From positions 22,514-86,513 of the forward strand of contig CAYLWL010000002.1 in the NCBI GenBank assembly GCA_964387675.1: a stretch of DNA of 64,000 bases, in the 5' to 3' direction. How positions within the stretch are numbered: position 1 is the first letter of the stretch; each line of letters starts with the position of its first letter. This document shows, in pieces, positions 7,412 to 16,565 of this stretch. The translations under genes were made by a program, and so were the position numbers. A model generated the notes under the pieces. That model had not been told where the DNA came from, ran no database searches, and was given only the letters and a program-made list of their open reading frames with translations. The DNA is from an uncultured Candidatus Saccharibacteria bacterium (GTDB taxonomy: Bacteria; Patescibacteriota; Minisyncoccia; UBA6257; 2-01-FULL-56-20).

Positions 7412-9328
7412 TTAGACCGAGGCGTATTTGTCGCTCGGTGAGACCTCTATCGCGTCCCACTTATCTTTGAGCGCTGCCACCTTGCCGGGGTTTGCCAAAG
7501 TCACCGAGAGAAGGATTTTCGTAAGGTTGCTGTCTGTTCGCGTAAACTTTGAACTAAAATCATTTATTTCCTCGCTCAGGAGATGAGCAAGTTCGTGGAG
7601 ATAGGTTTTCGCTGCTTCTAAAAACGGCCCGGCAAGCAAACTTTGATTGATGAAAATATCGCTTCCGCCGATCGCCGTAAATCCGTGGAGTCCTATTTCT
7701 CCTTCTAGGCCCTTCAGTTTCAGAACTTTTCTGGCGGATACTTTCGGGGCGACTTCCTGAAGGCGGAGGATAAACTCCTCGGCTTCAAATACGCCCATGG
7801 CCTGTTCTAAAAGTTTTGGATCGATCGTTCGGCCGTCGAGGAGATGCCATATTTCTTCGAGCACTTTTATCCGCTCTTGTTCCGGAGCGTTTAATTCCAC
7901 GTTTTCTGCCGTATCGACAAGCCCCACTATTTTTTCCCGCGCGAGCGGCATACCAAGCTGGTTCAGTTCCGGTATACATATGGTAAACCCCGCACTCTTC
8001 AGAACCTCTTCATAGCCATTCAAGCGGCTCGAGTAAGCACCTGCCGCATCACGAGCAACGCACATTCCCCAGAATTTTTCAGGAATCCTTGGGGACGAGG
8101 AAGTTGCTCGCATTCCAAATAACAGCTTCTTTACGATTTTTTTGACGAGCAGTAAGGCCGGTTTTTTCGCTTCCTCATAAGGCACATCTTCCCAGTAATC
8201 TTTGAGTTTTTCTAATACATTCCTGGCTTGTTCGTCGGTCATTTCTTTAACAAGCGGCGCCAGCACGTTTTCATCAAATTCCCCGGCTTCGCAGTAACTT
8301 CGATCCCTTCGCTTTTGCAAGGCCTTTCTGTTTGTCCAGATAGTCATTCCTTCAACTTGGTGCGACCAGCCATCGTGCTTTCCGTATTCATATCTTTGTC
8401 CCGAGATATAAAGATTGCCCTTTCCTCCTTTCGGCAAAAGCTCAAATCCGCCGAAGTCAGATTCAAACGTGGGGTTTTGGAAATCTTCGTTCGTGGAGCT
8501 GTAAAAGAAATCTTTCATTAAAGAGAAGTCCTCATCAAGTTTCAAAATTTCCAACGCTTCATCCGGGAGATCATCTTCATACCAATGCCAAAAGGAAGAC
8601 GGAATCGCGAATTTTAAGTAGTTGCCGGGGAATGGTTCTCGCGTAAATTTCGCGCGGACGTGAAGTCCCTGAACTTTATCTGGATAATCTTCTTCTGGCA
8701 GAGAATCCAGATAATAAATCATTTTCCAGTGGCCTGAGCCGAGCTCCACGTTATCGGTTAACCTGTTTTGCAAAAGCAGGAAGGCGGCTATTTTTACCCC
8801 CTCGCCGAATTCACCGGCGGCTTCGGGGTCATCAAACTTTGTTGTTCCTCCATGATGGATCAAATAGCGGTGATCGTATTCTGCCGGAGAGGTGATTACA
8901 AACTCGCGATACTCCCTGCCGTCAATTTGCGCGGTTCTTTCTTCGGACTTAACACCGTCGAGTGTCGGTCTCCCGGCATAAGCCGCCATGCCGTCATAAA
9001 AGTTTTGAAAAATATCCCGGAGCAGTTTTGTGTTTGACCACCCGATCATCTGGGTCTCAAGAGGACCGATGTATCTGCCACCCTCCAGTGCCTTGAGAAG
9101 TGCCGCGATAACTTCGGGATTGGATTTTTTCCGGGTTACAATTCCATACTCTTTTGCCAGTTGGTATGCGGCGTCTATGTCTTCTTTGGAGTAATTGCTC
9201 GGCCACTTCGGGTCGTCCAAAAACTTTCTTACCCGCTCAATTTCTTCGAGCGCCTCGCTTTCGGTTAATGGCTCCTGGTATGGCCCCTCGTCAGGTATGG
9301 TGAAAGATTCTTTCCGTGGTTTAGGCAT
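7412..9328 (-). CDS. large hypothetical protein (638 aa) with C-terminal HExxH zinc-peptidase-like motif
   Basis: No Walker or other family motifs recognised. C-terminal TYLHELAHLLSEE is an HExxH motif as in SprT/ImmA-IrrE-type metallopeptidases. Acidic, Trp-rich central region. Confidence 0.6.
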   Translation of the reverse strand: MPKPRKESFTIPDEGPYQEPLTESEALEEIERVRKFLDDPKWPSNYSKEDIDAAYQLAKEYGIVTRKKSNPEVIAALLKALEGGRYIGPLETQMIGWSNTKLLRDIFQNFYDGMAAYAGRPTLDGVKSEERTAQIDGREYREFVITSPAEYDHRYLIHHGGTTKFDDPEAAGEFGEGVKIAAFLLLQNRLTDNVELGSGHWKMIYYLDSLPEEDYPDKVQGLHVRAKFTREPFPGNYLKFAIPSSFWHWYEDDLPDEALEILKLDEDFSLMKDFFYSSTNEDFQNPTFESDFGGFELLPKGGKGNLYISGQRYEYGKHDGWSHQVEGMTIWTNRKALQKRRDRSYCEAGEFDENVLAPLVKEMTDEQARNVLEKLKDYWEDVPYEEAKKPALLLVKKIVKKLLFGMRATSSSPRIPEKFWGMCVARDAAGAYSSRLNGYEEVLKSAGFTICIPELNQLGMPLAREKIVGLVDTAENVELNAPEQERIKVLEEIWHLLDGRTIDPKLLEQAMGVFEAEEFILRLQEVAPKVSARKVLKLKGLEGEIGLHGFTAIGGSDIFINQSLLAGPFLEAAKTYLHELAHLLSEEINDFSSKFTRTDSNLTKILLSVTLANPGKVAALKDKWDAIEVSPSDKYASV

Positions 9329-9398
9329 GGTATTGAAATTATTTTATCTCTAATTCTTCCACTAAGGCAACTTCTGATGGAACTGCCCTTCGACGGGC

Positions 9399-10502
9399 TT
9401 AGGACAAGTGTTCTATTATTGCTATTTCCAGAGGTACGCTTGCGAACGGCGAGTAGCGCATTTCCGAATATGCGCGGATGAGGGATTTTATCAGGCGAAT
9501 TGCCGATTCGGTTTCGAGCGAGGCGGACAGTTTTTTTATCTTTTCGATTTCGTCCGAAGTCATTTCGCCGCCGAACGATTTTTCGAGGGCGGGGTTCAAC
9601 TTAAGCGTAAGCACCTTTCTTAGATAGTGGATCAGGTCTTTGGTGAGTTGCACTACATTGTGTCCCTCTTCGTTTAGTTCTTCGAGAAAGCCCAAGGCGC
9701 CTTGCAAATCTTTTTTCACGATGAATTCCGAAAGTCCGTGCACTTTTTTGAGGCCCACCCGGCCGGTTGTCCGCTCGACGGTTTTGAGGTCGATCGTTCC
9801 GCCCAAAGATCGCATTTGATCGAGCAGGGACTCGGCGTCGCGTAAGCTTCCTTCTCCAGCCGCCGCGATGAGTTCCAGGGCCGCCGCATCGACATCGATC
9901 TTTTCCGCCTGCGCGATCATGGCAAGTTTCTCGATGATTTTGACCTTCGGGAGTTTCTTGAAAACGAATCGTTGCGTTCGGGACGTGATCGTGGGAGGCA
10001 ACTTTTCGTATTCGGTGGTGGCAAGCACGAGAACCGCGTGCGACGGCGGTTCTTCGAGCGTTTTGAGAAGCGCGTTGAAAGCCGGGCCGGTCAACATATG
10101 CGCCTCGTCGATGATGTAGACCTTGTAGTCGGCCGACGAAGGAGACGTTTTGATGCTGTCTTTGAGGTCGCGGATTTCGTCGATGCCGCGGTTCGAGGCG
10201 GCGTCTATCTCGATCACGTCGAAAGAGTTTTGGTTGTCGATCTCGGTGCAGTGCCGGCAGGCGTTGCAGGGTTCGCCTTGGGCTCTGAACTTTTCATCGT
10301 CGCGGCGTTTTTCGCAGTTTAAGAGTTTAGCAATCAGCCGCGCGGTGGTGGTTTTTCCGGTTCCGCGAGGACCATAAAACAAATAAGCATGGCCAATGCG
10401 GTTGTTCTTGGCCGCGTTCTTCAAAATCAGCGCGTTCGTTTCTTGTCCCAAAAGCTCGTCAAGTTTTTTGGGACGGTATTTGCGGTAAAGTGCGAGGGCC
10501 AT
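9399..10502 (-). CDS. dnaX: DNA polymerase III subunit gamma/tau (short form)
   Basis: YLFYGPRGTGKTTTARLIAKLLNC Walker A, zinc module CEKRRDDEKFRAQGEPCNACRHC, DEAH-like IIDEAHML, SRT sensor TSRTQRF. Confidence 0.9.
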   Translation of the reverse strand: MALALYRKYRPKKLDELLGQETNALILKNAAKNNRIGHAYLFYGPRGTGKTTTARLIAKLLNCEKRRDDEKFRAQGEPCNACRHCTEIDNQNSFDVIEIDAASNRGIDEIRDLKDSIKTSPSSADYKVYIIDEAHMLTGPAFNALLKTLEEPPSHAVLVLATTEYEKLPPTITSRTQRFVFKKLPKVKIIEKLAMIAQAEKIDVDAAALELIAAAGEGSLRDAESLLDQMRSLGGTIDLKTVERTTGRVGLKKVHGLSEFIVKKDLQGALGFLEELNEEGHNVVQLTKDLIHYLRKVLTLKLNPALEKSFGGEMTSDEIEKIKKLSASLETESAIRLIKSLIRAYSEMRYSPFASVPLEIAIIEHLS

Positions 10503-10560
10503 ATGTCTGAATTATAGGAAAAATTCTTGATATCTGCAAAATATCCGATATAATACTGAG

Positions 10561-11871
10561 ATGAGGTTGCGGGTTATTTTGGGAATAGTTGCTCTCGGCG
10601 CCATATTTTTTTTGGTTTTTGTGCCGCGCGTGGTTATTATCGCGCCCGTTGAACTTGCGAAAGTCGCCGTGAAATCGGCCGCTTCCGTTCTCCCCGGCAT
10701 TCCGGAAGCGATCGTTCCAGAGTCGAAACAAGGCCAGTCGAAAATATCGGGAACATCGGATTTGCCCAATCAGCCGCCGCTCGCAAACCCGCCGGATGTC
10801 GCAAAGGGGATCTATGTGACCGGTTGGTCGGCGGGTTCGCAGTCGAGAATAAGCTCGCTCATCGCGCTTGTGAAGCGCACGGAAGTAAACGCGATGGTGG
10901 TGGATATCAAGGATTATTCGGGCAATGTTTCGTACAGAACGGGGCTTCCGGAAGTTGTCGCGGCGGGCGCGGAAGGAGAAATCCGCGTCGCTCAGCCGAA
11001 TGCCCTCATCAAACGGCTTCACGACGAGCATATCTACATCATCGGGCGCATCACCGTGTTCCAGGATCCCATTTTGGCGAAGGCGCATCCCGAGTGGGCG
11101 CTTCAAAACAAAGTGACCGGCAAAACATGGACAGATAGCAAAAAACTTTCCTGGATGGATGCGGCCGCCAAGCCCGTTTGGGATTATACTATTGCTATCG
11201 CCAAGGATGCTTTCGCGCGCGGCTTCGACGAAATTCAATTCGATTATGTGCGGTTCGCCTCCGACGGCGCGCTCGGAGAGATCGATTATCCGTTTTGGGA
11301 CGCGAAAACGCCGCGGCACAAAGTCATCGCCGAGTTTTTCAAGTATCTGCGGGACAGCTTGCCGGGCAAGAAGATTTCCGCCGATCTTTTCGGTCTTGCG
11401 GCAGTTGATACCTGGGATGACCTGGGAATAGGCCAGGTTATTGAAGACGCCTACAAAAACTTCGATTACGTTTCGCCGATGGTGTATCCTTCGCACTTCG
11501 CCGCGGGAACGCTTGGCTATAAAAGCCCCGCCCAGCATCCGTACGAAATCGTAAAGTATTCGATGGAGCAGGCGCTCGCGAGGTTAGCAAAGAGCAAAGA
11601 GCAAAGAGCAAATAGTTCTTCTACTATTATTATCACAACATCATCCGATCAATTCGCTATCGGCCCTTTGCCCTTCGCTGCGAAGTTACGCCCGTGGCTT
11701 CAGGACTTCAATCTCGGAGCAACCTATAACGCGGAGATGGTGCGCAAGCAGATCCAGGCGACCTATGACGTTTTCCTGAACGGCACTTCGAGCGATCCTT
11801 CCAGATTCGGCGGCTGGATACTCTGGGATCCCGCGAATACGTACACGGAAGGAGCGTTGGAGCGAGGATGA
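10561..11871 (+). CDS. secreted/membrane-anchored hypothetical protein, possibly GH-like TIM-barrel (DUF4015/GHL10-type) family
   Basis: N-terminal TM/signal (ILGIVALGAIFFLVF). Motif block GIYVTGWSAGS...VNAMVVDIKDYSGNVSY recalls the COG1306 putative glycoside hydrolase family. Contains the in-frame repeat insertion LAKSKEQRANSSSTIIITTSS (11581-11640). Confidence 0.4.
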   Translation: MRLRVILGIVALGAIFFLVFVPRVVIIAPVELAKVAVKSAASVLPGIPEAIVPESKQGQSKISGTSDLPNQPPLANPPDVAKGIYVTGWSAGSQSRISSLIALVKRTEVNAMVVDIKDYSGNVSYRTGLPEVVAAGAEGEIRVAQPNALIKRLHDEHIYIIGRITVFQDPILAKAHPEWALQNKVTGKTWTDSKKLSWMDAAAKPVWDYTIAIAKDAFARGFDEIQFDYVRFASDGALGEIDYPFWDAKTPRHKVIAEFFKYLRDSLPGKKISADLFGLAAVDTWDDLGIGQVIEDAYKNFDYVSPMVYPSHFAAGTLGYKSPAQHPYEIVKYSMEQALARLAKSKEQRANSSSTIIITTSSDQFAIGPLPFAAKLRPWLQDFNLGATYNAEMVRKQIQATYDVFLNGTSSDPSRFGGWILWDPANTYTEGALERG

Positions 11872-11875
11872 TACT

Positions 11876-12619
11876 TTGAAACACATGACACAAACATACG
11901 AACTAAAGCTCGAAAAATTCAGCGGACCGCTTGAAAAACTCCTCGAATTGATCGAAGAGAAAAAGCTTCAGATTGCCGAAATCAGCTTGGCTCAAGTTAC
12001 GGATGATTTTTTGAAGTATTTTAAGGCGCTTACCGATCTCGAGCGGGATTTGCATCTTGTGGCGGATTTTATTTCTATCGCAAGCAAGCTGATCCTTATA
12101 AAGTCAAAGTTCTTACTGCCGGATTTGACGCTTACGCCGGATGAAGAGCAGGGCATCAAAGACCTTGAGAAGCGCCTCAAAATGTATCAAGAACTCAAGC
12201 CGGTGTTGAAGATTCTCGAGAAGCTTTGGCAGGGAGCGGAACGGGAATTCGGCCGGGAATACTTTTTGAGCAAGGGCTACGTATCGGGCGGAGATGCCCA
12301 TTTTGTTTTTTACCCGGGCAAGGGGCTGTATACGCAAGCTCTCTTCGAAGCGGCAAAAAAGCTTTTCGACGCGCTCCGCGTGGAGGAGCTCGAAACGAAA
12401 ACAATCAAAGAAAAGATCATCAGTATTGAAGAAAAGATTGGGGAGGTGATCAAAAGGATTGAGAACGAATTAGAGATGAACTTTTCCAATCTGTCGAGCA
12501 AAAAATCCCGATCGGAAATCGTAGTCATCTTCCTCGCTATTTTGCACCTGGCTCGCGAGCAGCTCATATATCTTGAGCAATCGGAGCATTTCTCTGATAT
12601 AATCGTTAGAAAGAAATGA
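11876..12619 (+). CDS. scpA: segregation and condensation protein A
   Basis: LEKFSGPLEKLLELIEEKKLQIAEISLAQVTDDFLKYF matches the ScpA N-terminal signature. Followed by scpB. Confidence 0.8.
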   Translation: MKHMTQTYELKLEKFSGPLEKLLELIEEKKLQIAEISLAQVTDDFLKYFKALTDLERDLHLVADFISIASKLILIKSKFLLPDLTLTPDEEQGIKDLEKRLKMYQELKPVLKILEKLWQGAEREFGREYFLSKGYVSGGDAHFVFYPGKGLYTQALFEAAKKLFDALRVEELETKTIKEKIISIEEKIGEVIKRIENELEMNFSNLSSKKSRSEIVVIFLAILHLAREQLIYLEQSEHFSDIIVRKK

Positions 12620-12650
12620 GATATGAGATATGAGAGATGAGGTCATAAAC
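12606..12650. repeat. ATGAGA-family hairpin arm (left arm flanking four-helix-bundle gene copy 2)
   Basis: agaaagaaatgagatatgagatatgagagatgaggtc. Provides the ATG of the 4HB ORF. Confidence 0.7.
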
Positions 12651-13004
12651 GAAGAAAAGTTTATTTTCGAGGATTTAAGGGTGTATCATAGAGCGTTGCA
12701 GCTTGCCGTTGAGCTTACTAAAATTGCAACAAAACTCCCCCACAGTTACTCGAGGATACGAGACCAGTTAATCGGGGCAGTTATTTCTATCCCATTAAAT
12801 CTTGCCGAAGGATCAGGTAGGTTGGGTGAAAAGGATAAAAAGAACTTCTATAAATTTAGTCGCTCTTCGGCATTTGAACTGATTCCAATTATTGATATAA
12901 TTTACCAATTAGAGCTTATCAACAAAGAGAAAAGAAATAATATTCGCCGCGAAGTTGTAGAACTTTCGCGTATCATTTCTGCTTTAATAAAAAAATCGTC
13001 CTAA
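12630..13004 (+). CDS. four-helix-bundle protein (23S rRNA IVS protein / Avd-like), copy 2
   Basis: KFIFEDLRVYHRALQLAVELTKIATKLPHSYSRIRDQLIGAVISIPLNLAEGSGR. Paralog of the 28266-28637 copy (about 60-65% identity by eye). Confidence 0.8.
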   Translation: MRDEVINEEKFIFEDLRVYHRALQLAVELTKIATKLPHSYSRIRDQLIGAVISIPLNLAEGSGRLGEKDKKNFYKFSRSSAFELIPIIDIIYQLELINKEKRNNIRREVVELSRIISALIKKSS

Positions 13005-13040
13005 TTTCTCATTTCTCATGTCTAATTTCTCAATAGAAAA
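13000..13040. repeat. ATGAGA-family hairpin arm (right arm); overlaps scpB start
   Basis: cctaatttctcatttctcatgtctaatttctcaatag. ATG TCT AAT TTC TCA = MSNFS of ScpB. Confidence 0.7.
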
Positions 13041-13623
13041 ACTTGCGGAACTCGAAGCCCTCTTATTTATCCACGGTGAGCCGTTGGCTTTGAAGAAAAT
13101 CAGGTCTCTTTTGGATGTCAAACCCGAGGAATTGGATTCGCTCATCGCCGAATTGAAAAAGTGCCTCGAAACCGAGAATAGGGGACTCGCGCTCGTCGAG
13201 GATGGCGAGAAAATACAGCTGGTAACCAAGCCGAAGTTCGGCAAAATCCTCGAGAGTTTTATAAAAGAGGAATTATCGGAAGACCTGACGCCGGCGAGTT
13301 TGGAGGCCATGGCGCTCATCACGTATTTCGGGCCTATTTCAAGAAGCCGGCTTGATTACCTTCGCGGCGTCAACTCCACGTTTATTTTAAGAAGTTTGCT
13401 TCTGCGGGGGCTCGTGGAGCGTTTTCCCGACCCCGAGCGGCAAAACGCTTTTTTGTATCGCCCAACTTTTGATTTGTTGAGGCACTTGGGGCTTGAAAAA
13501 AAAGAGGATCTGCCGGACTTCGAAAAGTTCCAGTCGCTCATCAAGGCATTTGAGGCCCAGCAGGAGGCGCCGCCCGCAGCAGATTCTGCCATCGGCATAG
13601 TTTCCGACGAACAGAACAAATGA
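13018..13623 (+). CDS. scpB: segregation and condensation protein B
   Basis: ELEALLFIHGEPLALKKIRSLL and the tandem winged-helix pattern of ScpB. Confidence 0.8.
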   Translation: MSNFSIEKLAELEALLFIHGEPLALKKIRSLLDVKPEELDSLIAELKKCLETENRGLALVEDGEKIQLVTKPKFGKILESFIKEELSEDLTPASLEAMALITYFGPISRSRLDYLRGVNSTFILRSLLLRGLVERFPDPERQNAFLYRPTFDLLRHLGLEKKEDLPDFEKFQSLIKAFEAQQEAPPAADSAIGIVSDEQNK

Positions 13624-14144
13624 CCTTAAAATCTTATATCTCTCCCGGGGTGAAAATAAAGAGAAGCAAAATTCAAGGCCTTGGGTTGGCCGCTGTAAAA
13701 AGTTTTAGAAAAGGAGACATCGTTGGCATAAAGAATGGCCATATTTTCGACAAGAAACAGTTTAAAAAACTCGGTGGATTTCAGAGTGATCTTGGCCGCG
13801 CGTTTTTACAAATAGCCGACAACTTTTTTATTGGACCCTCGCAACCTAAAGAATTGAAAAGAAGTAATATGTTTGTAAATCATTCTTGTGATCCCAACAT
13901 TGGGTTTCTGGGAAATATTGTTTCGGTTGCTATGCGTGACATAAGAACGGGGGAAGAACTAACCAACGATTACGCTACTTGGGTGAACTATCCATCTTAC
14001 GAATTAAGATGTAATTGTGGGAGTGGGACTTGTCGCAAAGTTATTACAGGTAGAGATTGGCGTCAGCCAAAACTTCAGAAAAAATACAAAGGATTTTTTT
14101 CGGCTTATATCCAAAAAAAGATTCACACGACACATGACACTTGA
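13620..14144 (+). CDS. SET-domain protein-lysine methyltransferase
   Basis: SET signature NHSCDPN and ELTNDY, plus Cys-rich post-SET CNCGSGTCRK. The 4-nt overlap with the scpB stop suggests translational coupling. Confidence 0.8.
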   Translation: MTLKSYISPGVKIKRSKIQGLGLAAVKSFRKGDIVGIKNGHIFDKKQFKKLGGFQSDLGRAFLQIADNFFIGPSQPKELKRSNMFVNHSCDPNIGFLGNIVSVAMRDIRTGEELTNDYATWVNYPSYELRCNCGSGTCRKVITGRDWRQPKLQKKYKGFFSAYIQKKIHTTHDT

Positions 14145-14158
14145 TACTTGATACGAAC
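14125..14158. repeat. GTGTCA/TGACAC-family tandem repeat at SET gene 3' end
   Basis: cacgacacatgacacttgatacttgatacg. Encodes the C-terminal HTTHDT* of the SET protein. Confidence 0.55.
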
Positions 14159-15227
14159 CATGACCGACGACTTTCATAAATTCATTTTTCTGGGCGCGAT
14201 GATCGTTCTCGCCGTTTTCTCGAACCGCGATTCATTGTATCGGCAGAAAGCGGTGGTGGCCGACGCGAAGCAGTTTGCCCAAAATCAAACATCCCCGCTT
14301 GCGGTGAGCCGAGTCGAACCGCCCATGTTCGTTTTGAATCCTCCGAAAAAACAAGCGACCGCTCCCGCGTACCTCGGCGAACCGCGCGCGGCTGTTTCGG
14401 AAGATGCGTTTCCGCCTCTTGCGGAGGAAAAGAAATCAAGCTCCGTTCTTCAATCGTCTCCGGACGCGCCCGTCACGAGTTTCAAAAAAGTCGGGAATGA
14501 GGATCCGTCGAACGTGGGAGCCAACGTGGTTTTGGTTGCCGATCTCGCGAGCGGCGACGAATTCTTTTCGAAGGGTCCCGAAAAACGGTGGCCCATTGCC
14601 TCTATTACGAAGTTGATGTCCGCCGCAGTTGTTTCGAAAGAATTGGCTTTTCATCAATCGACGACGTTGCTGGAGGCCGATTTTCCTCTTGAGAGTCCCG
14701 GAAAAAACCTGAAAATCGAAGACAGGTATTCTGTCGCGGATTTGATGCTCGCGATGCTTCTCGAATCAAGCAACGAATCGGCGGAAGCGTTGGCCCGTAT
14801 GTATGGTCGTGAAAACTTTCTATCGGCGATGAATCAAACGGCGGCGCTCTGGGGCATTCCGGGCACGCACTTCAGCGATCCGACGGGGTTGTCTCCTTCG
14901 AATCAATCCACGAGCGCCGATTTGCGGAAGCTCGCCTTGACGATATACGGGGAATACCCGGAGATTTTCAAAATAACGAAAAAAGCATCTGCCAGAATCA
15001 CCGAACTCAATTTCGGCAAAAGGCTGTCGCTCACGAACATCAATCTTCTCGCGTCCCGCGCGGACTTTTTAGGCGGCAAAACCGGCTACATCGACGAGGC
15101 GGGGGGCAACCTGCTTTCGATCTTCTCTTATGCCCGCCGACCGATTATCATTATCGTACTGGGAAGCGACGATCGCTTCGGCGAAACGGAAAAGCTTCTC
15201 ACTTGGTTCGAGAAAAACTATCGTTAA
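14148..15227 (+). CDS. dacA: D-alanyl-D-alanine carboxypeptidase (peptidase S11, PBP5/6-like)
   Basis: N-terminal TM. SxxK (ASITKLM), SxN (LLESSNESAEALA), KTG (GGKTGYIDEAG). Confidence 0.75.
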   Translation: MIRTMTDDFHKFIFLGAMIVLAVFSNRDSLYRQKAVVADAKQFAQNQTSPLAVSRVEPPMFVLNPPKKQATAPAYLGEPRAAVSEDAFPPLAEEKKSSSVLQSSPDAPVTSFKKVGNEDPSNVGANVVLVADLASGDEFFSKGPEKRWPIASITKLMSAAVVSKELAFHQSTTLLEADFPLESPGKNLKIEDRYSVADLMLAMLLESSNESAEALARMYGRENFLSAMNQTAALWGIPGTHFSDPTGLSPSNQSTSADLRKLALTIYGEYPEIFKITKKASARITELNFGKRLSLTNINLLASRADFLGGKTGYIDEAGGNLLSIFSYARRPIIIIVLGSDDRFGETEKLLTWFEKNYR

Positions 15228-15235
15228 AGAAAAAA

Positions 15236-15332
15236 GAAATGAGATATGAGAAACGAGGAACGAAAAGGAGTTCCCGATTGCACGAAACGTTCGTAGTTCC
15301 CAATCTCTCATTTCTAATTTCTCATCTCTAGA
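15236..15332. repeat. ATGAGA-family ORF-less hairpin element
   Basis: gaaatgagatatgagaaacgaggaacg ... caatctctcatttctaatttctcatctctag inverted arms around a 38-nt loop. Confidence 0.75.
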
Positions 15333-15335
15333 CAC

Positions 15336-16382
15336 ATGCTCATCTTCCAAACTATCCGCGTGATGATTCTTACGGCCATTGCGTTCCTCGTGGCGCTCGC
15401 CGTGACGCCGCTGTGGTTCGGTTTTTTGAAGAAGCATCAGGTATCGAAGCAGATTAGAGATGGCGCTCAAGCACCCGTGTTCCACAAGTTTCACGAGAAA
15501 AAGGCGGGCACGCCCACGGCGGGAGGAGTGATTATTTGGGCAACCGTTCTCGGCCTCGCTCTTTTATTTTTCGCGGTGTCGAGGATGTCTGACGGCGTGT
15601 GGACATACCTGAACTTCGTGAACCGGGCCGAAACCTACCTGCCGCTCGCGGCGCTCGCCCTCGCGGCGCTTTTCGGGCTTCTCGACGATTGGTTTGGAAT
15701 GCGCAAAATTGGAGGCGCTCCCGGCGGCGGCCTCAAAATTCGCCACAAGTTGATTCTCTACGCCGTTCTTGCCGGAATCGGGGCGTGGTGGTTTTACTTC
15801 CGCTTGGGTTGGGACGTGTTGTACATCCCCTTTTTTGGAAACCTCGTGATCGGAGCGTGGTATATCCCGCTTTTTATTTTTATCATCGTCGCGAGCGCCT
15901 TCTCCGCGAACGAAACCGACGGTCTCGACGGGCTTTTGGGGGGAGTTTCCCTGTTCGCTTTCTTGGCCCTCACCACAGTCGCGTTCTTTTTGCATCGGTA
16001 CGATCTCGCGGCGTTCGGCGGAATGATGGTGGGGGCGCTCCTCGCGTTTTTATGGTTCAACATTTATCCGGCGAAGTTTTTTATGGGAGATACCGGTTCA
16101 ATGTCTTTGGGAATCACGATAGGCGTTATTTCGATGCTCACGAATACCACGCTTCTCCTCCCGTTCTTCGCGATTATCCTTGTTATCGAATCCCTCTCGG
16201 TGATTATTCAGCTCGCGGCAAAGAGAGTCCTGCATAAAAAGATTTTTCTTTCCACCCCCATCCACCACCACTTCGAGGCGCTTGGTTGGCCGGAATCGCA
16301 AGTGACCATGCGTTTTTGGATCATCTCGGCTGTTTTTTGCGGACTGGGACTCGTGCTCTTCTTCGCGTCGAGGTTTTTGTAA
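15336..16382 (+). CDS. mraY: phospho-N-acetylmuramoyl-pentapeptide transferase
   Basis: KAGTPTAGGVIIW (the MraY motif KxGTPTMGG), NETDGLDGL, PIHHHFEALGW. 348 aa polytopic protein. Confidence 0.8.
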   Translation: MLIFQTIRVMILTAIAFLVALAVTPLWFGFLKKHQVSKQIRDGAQAPVFHKFHEKKAGTPTAGGVIIWATVLGLALLFFAVSRMSDGVWTYLNFVNRAETYLPLAALALAALFGLLDDWFGMRKIGGAPGGGLKIRHKLILYAVLAGIGAWWFYFRLGWDVLYIPFFGNLVIGAWYIPLFIFIIVASAFSANETDGLDGLLGGVSLFAFLALTTVAFFLHRYDLAAFGGMMVGALLAFLWFNIYPAKFFMGDTGSMSLGITIGVISMLTNTTLLLPFFAIILVIESLSVIIQLAAKRVLHKKIFLSTPIHHHFEALGWPESQVTMRFWIISAVFCGLGLVLFFASRFL

Positions 16383-16402
16383 TACAGATCACCGTCCCAT
16401 AG

Positions 16403-16467
16403 GAATCATTAAATTAAAATCATTTCCGTTATAACATAATATTATGTTATAACGGAAATGATTTTGT
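16403..16467. terminator. perfect long palindrome after mraY (putative terminator/regulatory hairpin)
   Basis: aatcatttccgttataacataat|attatgttataacggaaatgatt followed by ttgtgg. Confidence 0.55.
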
Positions 16468-16565
16468 GGCCTGTTGGACGAGTACATTTGTTGTTGTTGT
16501 TTGACAGTAGATAAAGATTGCGCTACCCTGCCTATTAGTAACCTTGACGTTTTTGGAGGTGCGTA

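Noticed and set aside
10459-11538. 359-aa minus-strand ORF
   Set aside because: Antisense to the 10561-11871 ORF and overlapping dnaX end; no motifs; Arg-rich.
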